Source: a virus. From it: 64,000 nucleotides of DNA. This document shows positions 31,615-41,500 of this stretch, piece after piece (position 1 is the stretch's first letter; the number at the start of each line of letters is the position of its first letter). The translations under genes were made by a program, and so were the position numbers. Below the pieces are notes generated by a model. That model was not told the origin of the DNA, did not search any database, and was given only the letters and a program-made list of their open reading frames with translations. The DNA is taken from the IMG/VR virus record IMGVR_UViG_3300045922_000709, positions 16,477 through 80,476 of that record. One strand, given 5' to 3'.

Positions 31615-34600
31615 TTATTTAATACGCCTGGTTCCTTTTCGTAGTTTGTTTATTTGTAGCTTACCTAAATTATTCAATGCTTTATTAGGATCTATATTAC
31701 CTGAATATTGCAATCCGCCTAAAAGAAGACCTAAATTATTAGCATTTTCAGCAGGAGGCATTAAAGGAGAAGGACGATAATCAGGATTAAATGGTGAAGG
31801 GGTGTAGTTTTCGTCATTATTATTAACACCTGTTCCTGTAGTAGATTCACCCGCTGTTTGTGTTTGTGTACCTGGTGTTTGAGTTCCCGGTTGACTTGTA
31901 GCCCCTGTGTATTTATCAAATTCTGCACCACCGCCTTTCATTTGTCTTTCTAATAAAGCTCTGTTTAAAGCATCTCTTTGTGCTCTATATTTATTTATAT
32001 TGTCTAATTGAGCTTGTTGATAATTTTTATATTCATTTTTATCTGCAATATATTGAGCATCTGTTTGCATTGCTTCAAAGTTTTTGTTAGTAGCATTAAA
32101 TCTATTCATCGCATTAGTATTTCTAACATCAACTATTTCTGACAAATTCTTTTCATTTGCAGTATTAGCCAATTGATTGTTATATTGATTTTCTTGGTTT
32201 CTTATTTGAATATTTTGCAAATCTGTTTGATAAGCTCTTTGATTTTCTTCAGAATTAATTTGTCTGTTTTGATTAAACGATTGAGCACTTGCATTACCTA
32301 AATTAGATAAAGCAGAACCTGCACCTAAATTTCTAATTTGACCAGACATAATTTGTCTTTGTCTTTCAGCTTCCATTCTATTTTGGTCAGATAAATCTCT
32401 ATATTGATTTTCTTTTAAATTTAAATATTGAGGATTAAAAACAGCAGCATCAGCATCGGGAGGTAATAAATTATATTTTCCCCTTTGGAATTGACCGGGT
32501 TTCATTGCGTTTAATGCAGCATCGTCTAAGTCTTTATCTCTTTTAGATGCTTCAGAAGCAGCAGCAGTAGGATCTTGACCATTTATGGTAATTGGGCCAA
32601 TACTTGCACTACCGCCAGTTGCAGAGCCGCCAGTTGCTGTGTTATTATTAATTGTTTTTTGTTGTTGTGCAGGGCCTGAACCACCAGGTTTTGTTTCTAT
32701 TTTTTCTTTTTCTTCAACTTCATCGTTAGTTTTTTCCTCATAAGTTCTTAAATTTCTACCATTTATTTCTATTTTTCTATTATATTTTCCTGCAATTTCA
32801 GCAGCTCTTTTTTTAATTTCTGGTGGAGCAGATTCCCACCAAATAACATTTGGTTTTACACCTTTTCCACTTTTTAAATCAAGCTCTAATTGTTTTAAAG
32901 CATCTTCAAAATTAATTTTGCCTTTGCCAGTTCCTTTAACCGCCACTGCGGTTTCATCATATCTTTTTTCAGTTTTTCCGGGTTTTACACGTCTTTCTTT
33001 TGTAACAACAACTTCACCACCGCCACCTCCACCACCAGCATTTATAATCATATCTCCATCTCCATCGCCTACACCTTTAGTTCCTTTTCTAAACATATTT
33101 TTTTTTTCAATTCTTTGAGTTCCGTTTCTAAGACTAAGTCTAAGCTTACCTTTAGCTATTTCTAAAGCGTTTTTTCTAGCTTGTTCTTTAAAATTTAAAG
33201 GAGAAGAAGTGTTAGATGTACTATTTTGTTTAGTTTCAGAAGTAGCACCGTTAATAATCATATCTCCTTTACCATCACCCACACTTTGTTGTTGGCCGCC
33301 GCCGGGGCCAGATTGTTGTTGTCTTACAGAAGAATTTGAAGTAGCTGTACCTCCTTCTGCTTTACCTCCTTCTACTTTCACACCACCAAAATAAACACTA
33401 CCGCCAGTTGCTCTACCACCAGTGGCTGTTCCACCGCTAGCATTACCACCAGTGGCTGTTCCGCCAGTTGCTGTATATCCTTCATCAGCACCGGGTATTC
33501 TATTAAAATTCCTAAACATTCCACCACCGGATTGACTATTTTTATTAGAAGCTATATTTGGATTTTGTAATCTTTCAGGTGCTTTTTTAGATAGTTTTCT
33601 TACATTACCGTAAGTAGAGTATTCTTGATCATTTAATTGTTCAAGTTGATTTCTTTTTAAATTTCTACCCCTTGCTATTTTAAGTTCGTTTTTAGCTTTT
33701 TGAGCTTCAGTCTTAGCTTCAAATCTTTCGGTTTTAGATTCTAATCTATCTTTAATATTTTCAGTTCTTGCTTGATATTTTCCTGTTCTTTTTGTTGGAG
33801 TATGTCCGCTTTCGCCTTCTTCTCTTTCTTGTTTTACATATCTTGGAGCTTTTTGAATTTTACCTTTAACTGCATCTAATTTTTGCTTAGCTTCTTCACG
33901 TGCAACTTTTGCATCAATTCGAGCTTCATATTTTGCTGTTTTATGTTGTTGCCGAGATGTAATAGCTTGTAAAGCATCTTCTCTACGAGTGGCATTTGCA
34001 CTTTCAATACCTGATCTTTTTTCAGATACACCTCTTGCTTTTTCAGCAATACGTTCGCCTTCTTTAAGTTTTAAATTAGATTCAGCTTTTTGATCTTCAA
34101 CTTTTTGTTTTAATTGATCACTTTTTTGTTGATATTTTGCTTCTTGAGCTTTTTGTTGTTCATCTGCTGCATTTTTTCTTTCTAATGCTTGTGTTTCGTA
34201 TTCTTGTGCTCGTTGAGCAGTCAAAGTTTCTACAGATTTTCTTCTTTGTTTTTGTTGTTCACTCAAAGATTCATTATCTTTTTCTTCATATTCAGCTTTA
34301 GTTTTATTTAAATTTGCTTTAGATTCGTTTAATTTATTTCGAGCTTCTCCTTCTTCTCTTAATTTTTTTTCTTTTAAATCTATGCGTTCTTTCTTTTTAA
34401 CTAATCTTTGAGCTTTTCTAGAAGTTACTTCACCGCCTTCTTCAAATTTAGGTACAACACCCCCGTTTCTAAATATAGGAACAATGCCGCCTTGTTTATA
34501 TTGTTTTGGTTTTGACATCATATGTTGTATTATTTTTATTTTATGTTTTATTGGAGCAGAATTATAATCATCTTCTGAAAAACGACCAAAAGCTTTTTCA

Positions 34601-37600
34601 ATAACGTCTCTCTCTTTAAAATTATTACCTCTTTCAAATCTAAGTTTTTCTATTGCTTTTTCAATTCTTTTTACCGTCATATATTCGGCAAAAGCGTTAT
34701 CAAAAGAACCTTTACCGTATTCGTTATCAAATTCTATAGCTTTTTCGTTAAATTTTTCTAACCTTTTATTATAGGTTTCAACATTTTCATTATCTGGAGC
34801 ATTATAAAACCCTGAAAACAAATCTATAATATCAGAAGTAAACGGTGAATTTTTTTGTTGACTTAGAAAATAAAAGGTTTTAGGTTCAGGTTCAGCTTGT
34901 GTTGTAGGTGAATCGCTTTGTTGAGATGGTGTTTGTTGAACAGGCGTTTGTATAGAAGGTAAACTATCTTGTCGAATAGGAGGTTGAATAGGAGGTTGAA
35001 TAGGAGGTTGAATAGGAGGTTGAATAGGAGGTTGAATAGAAAGTGTTTGAGAAGAAGCTGAACTAGAAGTATTTGGTATATTATTAGATTTTTTCTTTAT
35101 TTTACCGTCTCTTATATCTCTTAACATTTCTAAAGTTATATATCCTTGTTCATTAGGTTGATATTCTTTTAAAAGTTTATCATAAGCTTCTTCAGTTTTA
35201 CTTTTGTTTTTATTTCCACTTACCCAATAACCGGTTGGAGTACCAACATCATAACCTAATTCATTTAATATAGTTTGATATTCTTTAACTCTATTTAAAG
35301 TTTCTTTTGTCGGTTTGCTTGTTTGAGGATTTTTAGAATTTTGAGAATTAGATTGAGCTGAAGCAACTTGAGAATTAGATTTAGATGCATTGTTATATTT
35401 TTTAAGCATCAATTCAAATTCATCAAGAACATTAGGTTGAAAAGCAGCATATTTACTAAAACTATTATCGTATATTCCTAAATTTTCGTTTTCTTTATTT
35501 AAAGACTGAAGTTGTTCAAATTGACCAATATTAAAAGAAGGAACATTATATTCTCTTTTAAAATTATCGTATTGTTGTTTTATAGCTTTTTTTGGATCAG
35601 TTTCTGTAATTTCTTCTTTATTTTGTAAATTATCTAAATAATATTTATACTTTAAACGATCTTCTTCTTTAATTGAATCAAAATCAACTTCACCTCCATC
35701 TTTATATTTATTTAAAATTTCTGGTTTTTTGTTTTCAGGTTTAGACAAACTTGAAGGATTATTTTTTATTCTATGTTGATTTGCATTTTTTTTTGCATCT
35801 TCATAAAATTTTTTATAACTGTCAAAATCTATAAATTTTCTATACTCTTCGTAAACTTCTTCATATAATTTTTTAGAAACTTCTGAAAAATCAAGTGGTT
35901 TAGCTTTATTAGCTTCTTGTGCTAATTTATTTTTCATAAATCTATCATAATATGCTACGTTAATAATATCACTTCCGTATATTCCTTCTATTTCATTAAA
36001 AAAATCTCCAGTTATTTCATCGTAAAAATATTTATCAAATAAATCTTTGTATTTTTCACCAAAATCTTTTATAATATTTTTTCTATCTGAATATCTAGCG
36101 TAAAAAGCATTAGAATCATCAAAAGCTTTTTTCTTTTTATATGCTTCATTTAAAAATGGACTTGGTAAATAATATTCGCTAAGACGGTTTTTATTTGAAA
36201 GTTCATTTGGAAAAAGAATTGAATAACCATTTCTGTTTTCAAAATTAAATACAGGCGTATTATCTACCGCACTTTCTATAAAATTTTTAATATCTTGGTC
36301 ATAAGAATTATCTAATAATTGAGAATTTGAATTATCAGATTGTTGAGAGTTATTTGAAGAAATTTTATTTGAATAAATTTGTCTTAATACTTCCAAAGGT
36401 ATTTTTCCATAATTTTCTTCTTTTAACTTAGGGTAAGCATTCAAAAGTTGTTCATAAGCATCTTGAGTTTTGCTTGTTTTAGAATCTTTAGTAAACCAAG
36501 CACCATCTACAACACCTGCATTATAACCTAATTTATTTAATAAATCTTGATATTCTGCTACTCTTTCATTACCTCCTGGAACTAAGTTTCTTGTAACTTT
36601 ACCGCCTTCTTCATAAATTTTAGGAAAATTTAATAAATGATCAGGCAATCTATTTTGTGGACGAGGCACTTTTAAAAGATTTAAAGGAAGTCTTAAATAA
36701 ACACTAGAATTATCTGAGGGTACATTAGGTGGAATAATTGGATAATTTTTATTTCTAAAAACTTCTTGAATAAGTTCATTTTTTCTAAAATTTTTCATAT
36801 CCTCATCGTAAGAATTATCTAAAACATTATCGTTTGATAAAGATTGTTCATTTTTTGAAAATATTTCTACAGGAGATAATTGTTGGTTTCTTTTTTTATA
36901 AATATCTTCTAATACTTCTAAAGGTATTTTTCCTCCATATTGTTCTGCTAAATTTGAATTATTTTCTAAAAATCTTAAATAAGCATCTTGAGTTTTGCTT
37001 GTTTTAGAATCTTTAGTAAACCAAGCACCATCTACAACACCTGCATTATAACCTAATTTATTTAATAACTGTTGATATCTTGCTACTCTATCAGTACCCC
37101 CTTTAGTTAATTTTCCTTTAACTTCACCGCCTTCCTCATATTTATTTCGAGTTAATTTATTAATAATTTTATTTAAAAAACTAACTTTTGTGTTTTGAGG
37201 ATTTTGTTCTAATTCTCTACTTGCTTTTTCTGTATCTTGATTTAAAGAATCAAAAGGAATGTTATACCAAAGATTATCTATCCTTGATTGCTCTATAGCT
37301 CTTTTTTGAGCTTCTGCTTTATAATCTTTAATAACACGATTTCTATCTTTTTCAAATCGAGTGTTAGGTAAATTTCTATTTTGCATAAATATTCTCATAT
37401 CTTCAAGATAAAAAGGATTTTCTCTAGTTCTATTATTTTGAGCATGATGTAATGTAAATTGATCATATGCGGCTTCTGTTTTAGGCCCCCAAATACCATC
37501 AATTTCATCATTATATAACCCTAATTGAGATAAATATTTTTGATATTCCTTAACTCTTTCGTTATTACCCCTTACTTGACCGCCTGTTTTATAAGCTTTA

Positions 37601-38538
37601 TTTTTTGTAAAATATTCATCTACAAATTGCTCTATAACACCACCATGATGCATCATTGGCATACCGCCACCAGCACCACCTAACATATTTAACATACCCA
37701 TCATGTTTCCCATGTTTGATCCACCAGTAGCGTTTCCTTGAGGTTGTTGACTTTGTTCAACAGCTGTTTGCATGTTCATAACACCGCCAAGATTAGACAT
37801 TCCCGCTTGTCCGGCTGCAAAAGCATTATTCATGGCTCGATTTGTATTACCTTGACCTAAATTATTCGCCATGTTGAATAATTGAGGTATTTGAGAAAAA
37901 TTAATCATTTCGTTTTTTTTACTTGAATTAGAACTAGGTAAAGTGTCTTTTAAAATTTCAAATTTTTCTAAATCGAAAACTTTAAGAGTTTTTGGATCTA
38001 CAGTTGTTGCTACAATATCTTTTAATTTAGCAGGAAAAACAATATCTCCGACTTGTGCTACAAAAGGTTCACCCCCTTCTTCATGAGTATAACCCCCTGT
38101 AAAGTCAGCTATTAATCTATAAGTGTTTCCTTCTGGTCTAAAAATATATTCGTTTCTTTCAACTTCAATTAATCTATTTTCATCGTTTTCTAAACCATCT
38201 TCTGCTATAACAGTATTATCTCTATTTCTCATCATATCTTTAACTTGAGTGGCTTCTTTACCACCATATAAATAATTCAATCTATCTATATTTTCATTAT
38301 CAAATTCTGCAATATCTGCTTTTGATTGAATTTTATTTTTTTCTTGATTTCCTCTAATTAATCCTGAAATAGATCCTCCAATAGCACCTACCCCAGCACC
38401 AATCATTTGACCCATAGGTCCTCCAGCAATCATTCCTATTTTACCCCCTATTGCTTCTCCAGCAGCCGCATCGTTAGTTACAAAATTGTCTACAACTTGG
38501 GGACTGGGGCCAGGCGGAACCGTTAGCTTTTGATACAT
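31615..38538 (-). CDS. Cargo protein 1-like ejection protein (2307 aa) with four peptidoglycan-binding-like domains
   Basis: Follows the muzzle gene; N-terminal glycine-zipper helix (GEAIGGKIGMIAGGPMGQMIGAGVGAIGG); EVERNE...THEEGG motif; four copies of V-x-x-YQ-x-x-L-x-x-LG-[YL]...[DT]G-x-W...KT-x-x-AY. Confidence 0.75.
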   Translation of the reverse strand: MYQKLTVPPGPSPQVVDNFVTNDAAAGEAIGGKIGMIAGGPMGQMIGAGVGAIGGSISGLIRGNQEKNKIQSKADIAEFDNENIDRLNYLYGGKEATQVKDMMRNRDNTVIAEDGLENDENRLIEVERNEYIFRPEGNTYRLIADFTGGYTHEEGGEPFVAQVGDIVFPAKLKDIVATTVDPKTLKVFDLEKFEILKDTLPSSNSSKKNEMINFSQIPQLFNMANNLGQGNTNRAMNNAFAAGQAGMSNLGGVMNMQTAVEQSQQPQGNATGGSNMGNMMGMLNMLGGAGGGMPMMHHGGVIEQFVDEYFTKNKAYKTGGQVRGNNERVKEYQKYLSQLGLYNDEIDGIWGPKTEAAYDQFTLHHAQNNRTRENPFYLEDMRIFMQNRNLPNTRFEKDRNRVIKDYKAEAQKRAIEQSRIDNLWYNIPFDSLNQDTEKASRELEQNPQNTKVSFLNKIINKLTRNKYEEGGEVKGKLTKGGTDRVARYQQLLNKLGYNAGVVDGAWFTKDSKTSKTQDAYLRFLENNSNLAEQYGGKIPLEVLEDIYKKRNQQLSPVEIFSKNEQSLSNDNVLDNSYDEDMKNFRKNELIQEVFRNKNYPIIPPNVPSDNSSVYLRLPLNLLKVPRPQNRLPDHLLNFPKIYEEGGKVTRNLVPGGNERVAEYQDLLNKLGYNAGVVDGAWFTKDSKTSKTQDAYEQLLNAYPKLKEENYGKIPLEVLRQIYSNKISSNNSQQSDNSNSQLLDNSYDQDIKNFIESAVDNTPVFNFENRNGYSILFPNELSNKNRLSEYYLPSPFLNEAYKKKKAFDDSNAFYARYSDRKNIIKDFGEKYKDLFDKYFYDEITGDFFNEIEGIYGSDIINVAYYDRFMKNKLAQEANKAKPLDFSEVSKKLYEEVYEEYRKFIDFDSYKKFYEDAKKNANQHRIKNNPSSLSKPENKKPEILNKYKDGGEVDFDSIKEEDRLKYKYYLDNLQNKEEITETDPKKAIKQQYDNFKREYNVPSFNIGQFEQLQSLNKENENLGIYDNSFSKYAAFQPNVLDEFELMLKKYNNASKSNSQVASAQSNSQNSKNPQTSKPTKETLNRVKEYQTILNELGYDVGTPTGYWVSGNKNKSKTEEAYDKLLKEYQPNEQGYITLEMLRDIRDGKIKKKSNNIPNTSSSASSQTLSIQPPIQPPIQPPIQPPIQPPIRQDSLPSIQTPVQQTPSQQSDSPTTQAEPEPKTFYFLSQQKNSPFTSDIIDLFSGFYNAPDNENVETYNKRLEKFNEKAIEFDNEYGKGSFDNAFAEYMTVKRIEKAIEKLRFERGNNFKERDVIEKAFGRFSEDDYNSAPIKHKIKIIQHMMSKPKQYKQGGIVPIFRNGGVVPKFEEGGEVTSRKAQRLVKKKERIDLKEKKLREEGEARNKLNESKANLNKTKAEYEEKDNESLSEQQKQRRKSVETLTAQRAQEYETQALERKNAADEQQKAQEAKYQQKSDQLKQKVEDQKAESNLKLKEGERIAEKARGVSEKRSGIESANATRREDALQAITSRQQHKTAKYEARIDAKVAREEAKQKLDAVKGKIQKAPRYVKQEREEGESGHTPTKRTGKYQARTENIKDRLESKTERFEAKTEAQKAKNELKIARGRNLKRNQLEQLNDQEYSTYGNVRKLSKKAPERLQNPNIASNKNSQSGGGMFRNFNRIPGADEGYTATGGTATGGNASGGTATGGRATGGSVYFGGVKVEGGKAEGGTATSNSSVRQQQSGPGGGQQQSVGDGKGDMIINGATSETKQNSTSNTSSPLNFKEQARKNALEIAKGKLRLSLRNGTQRIEKKNMFRKGTKGVGDGDGDMIINAGGGGGGGEVVVTKERRVKPGKTEKRYDETAVAVKGTGKGKINFEDALKQLELDLKSGKGVKPNVIWWESAPPEIKKRAAEIAGKYNRKIEINGRNLRTYEEKTNDEVEEKEKIETKPGGSGPAQQQKTINNNTATGGSATGGSASIGPITINGQDPTAAASEASKRDKDLDDAALNAMKPGQFQRGKYNLLPPDADAAVFNPQYLNLKENQYRDLSDQNRMEAERQRQIMSGQIRNLGAGSALSNLGNASAQSFNQNRQINSEENQRAYQTDLQNIQIRNQENQYNNQLANTANEKNLSEIVDVRNTNAMNRFNATNKNFEAMQTDAQYIADKNEYKNYQQAQLDNINKYRAQRDALNRALLERQMKGGGAEFDKYTGATSQPGTQTPGTQTQTAGESTTGTGVNNNDENYTPSPFNPDYRPSPLMPPAENANNLGLLLGGLQYSGNIDPNKALNNLGKLQINKLRKGTRRIK
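34974..35039 (-). repeat. Perfect 12-bp tandem repeat (5.5 copies) encoding (QPPI)5
   Basis: gaataggaggtt starts at 34974, 34986, 34998, 35010 and 35022, with a partial copy at 35034. Confidence 0.95.
36454..37068 (-). repeat. Two identical 90-bp copies (36454-36543 and 36979-37068) in PG-binding modules 2 and 3
   Basis: Base-for-base identity at offset 525, encoding LLNKLGYNAGVVDGAWFTKDSKTSKTQDAY. Confidence 0.92.
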
Positions 38539-38545
38539 CTTATAA

Positions 38546-41500
38546 TCATCTTAAATTACGTCTAAAAATATTAATTGTATTTATTAAAGTAAACTTATGG
38601 TCTTTATTTCTTTCGTTGTTAAATATCAATTTTTCTATTAAATATTTTCCTTTAAATCTTGCAGGTATTCGTTGATAATCTGGTAAATTATTTAATAAAT
38701 TATATATTGTTTCAGAATATTTCACGTTATTTAATATATCAAATATATTTAAATTATTATCTGAAGTTGCTGAAAAAGGTATTTTTATTTGATATTGAGA
38801 ATTTGTATAATTAACATTATATTCAAATATATTATATTGCGGCTGAGATTTATCTACAACTTTTAAATCAACTATGCCGGAATATTGTTTTTCGTTAAAA
38901 CATTCAAGTTTATAGAAAAAATTTAAAAATTTAACCAATTGATCTGAATTTCTAAATTCACAATTTACAATTATATTATCAAAAGTTTTACTTAAAGCAG
39001 GATCACCATTCGATACATATGTTATATACGAGTCATAAAAATTATTTATATAATACCCCATGCGTTTTCTATCTGTTTCATATAAAACACCATCTCTTGT
39101 TATATAAAATTTATTATTTAAAAAATAAGAAAGAGCTGGTGTATAATCATGAAAACTAGTCCATGTTTTTGTAAATAATGAATATGAAATAGTTTCATCT
39201 TTTATTTTAAATATAATTCGTCTATTTGAGGGATCATATAAAGATAAAATACCATTGTTTATTTGTGTTTTATTTTCTATTTTATCTTTTAATAAATTTT
39301 GAAAATAATTAAATAATCCTTGCTCTGAAATTTCTTCAGGTGCATTACCATTAAAATAAAAAATCTTTTGCTGTAAATTGTCTACAAAAAAAACACCAAA
39401 AGGTGTGTTTAACACACTTCTGTCGTGAAGTGTTCCGCAATAACCTCCTTTTATATTATATATTTGATTCGGAGGCAATGCTAAAACACCACCAGTGCCT
39501 AAAATAAGCTCATTGGTTGTGCTTGGAACAATCGCCTTATCGTTGACAAAGGTTCTCCATAAAGACCGCTCTGTGTGGCAATAAAGTGTATTATTAAAAT
39601 CAAATAAACTTGTTATTTGTCCTTTGTCTTTTGGAATTTCTTGAAAATTATTTGGTAAAAAATATTTGTATTTATCTGATTGTTCTTGTTCAATTGAATT
39701 TAAAGAATACACAATCCTGTTAGGAAATTCGACAATGTCGATTAAACCAAAAGGTTTTAATATAAATTTTTTAATTTCATTTTCTTTAGAGTATTGTATA
39801 TTGTAACCAGAAGAATTACCCATTTCGGATTCATAATCTAAACAAGCAACTATATCATTTTTTGGATAATAAGGTACACCTGATTTAATTACATTTCCGT
39901 CGTTATCTCTTTCTACAGGTCGATGTCGATATGCGCAATTTATATCTGATTCTACCGGTAAATAATGAAGCATTCTAAGTTCAGCACCGTTTTTATTAAA
40001 TAATCTAAACCAACCACCATTCATTTCGCCTGAAATTAACGGATCGTCTCCATAAGGCATTTTATAATCTTCGCCGCTCCATGCTACATAAGAGTTTCTA
40101 TAATTAATTCTAATTGAATTTCTATATGAAAACATAGAAATAAAAGTATCTCCATTATAACACAACAAACTATTTTTAATTTTTCTTAATCTTGTATTTA
40201 TAGGAGTGTTTGTATAAAAAGTATCTACTAAAATATATTCATTAGCATCTAATTCGCCATATTGACTTTTGTTTTCAGATTCTATCGAATATAAATATCT
40301 ATAAGCATTTAATCCTGAATCTTTTTTAGCAATGGTTTCATTAGAAGGAATAGATGTATTAGTATCTAAATAATATAATGCATTTGCACCTGCAAGTTTA
40401 TTTTTATCATTGTTTATTTCAAAATTAGTAAAACAATCGTCAGGCCAAGTTTCTGCACCATCATTATTATGATAAGTTACACCTATTGAAGCTAAAATAC
40501 CCCCTTCATATTCACTTTTATATAAATCTTTATCTAATTCCATGACAACTGACGATTCAGTGTCATACATATTTAAAGGATATTTACCTTTTATAATAGT
40601 GTTTAAGTTAGTAAATGTTTCAGGCCCTCTTATTTCACCATTAGATTGAGCATATTGATAAGAAGAAATAATATTTGTTTTATTTATAAATTTTGAATAA
40701 AATTTAATAGGATTTAACCATTGACCAAACATATGAAAATACGGAGACCTTGGCGTTAAACTTAAAGGAAATTTAACGTCATCAGAATAATTACCTCTAC
40801 TTAAATCATAAGCTGTTAATTTAAAATTAGGTGGTAAATCACCCGATGTTCCTGCATCAGCAGATGTAATGGTTCTTTTTTCATCAAATACTTCAGAAAC
40901 AAAAGACGATAAATCAGCCACCGGTTTTAATCTACAACCATTTGGTATTTGAAAGTTTTTTTCTAAAAATACAGTTTCAGGGCTATAAAAAAATATAGAA
41001 GACCTGGCTATTGGATCAATTGATTCAAACACAAAAGTCCCCACAGGTTCTTTTTGAGGAAATATTCCGTTATATTTTATTAAATCGTTAGGGTGACCGG
41101 GAAAATAAGTGTCATTTGAACCTGTGCCAATTTTAAAATATACTCGAGTCCCTATTTGACCTGAGATAAAATTATATCTTATTTGACCATTAATAAAAAA
41201 TACAGCATTATAATCAACTATTAAAGTTTTACCAAAAAAAGGATTTTGTATTAAACTTGCTTTGTAATCTGTAACATCTTTGTCTCTATTTGAAACTCTT
41301 TTTTCTTTATCTTCTGTAGTTTTAAAAGATTCAAAATCACTATCGTCAGATCTAAAAACATTTGGTATAACCCCATCTTGCAACAACATATCGTTAGCAA
41401 AACCTTGTGAATACACACTTTTATGACTAAATGTGTTTCTTTGTTGTCTTACTAAAGATATAGATTCAATTTGATCTTTAATTGAAGGATATTGGTCTAA

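Noticed and set aside
36454-37068. Diversity-generating retroelement TR/VR pair
   Set aside because: The copies are identical, with no adenine-specific mismatches; both lie in one ORF and no reverse transcriptase is visible.
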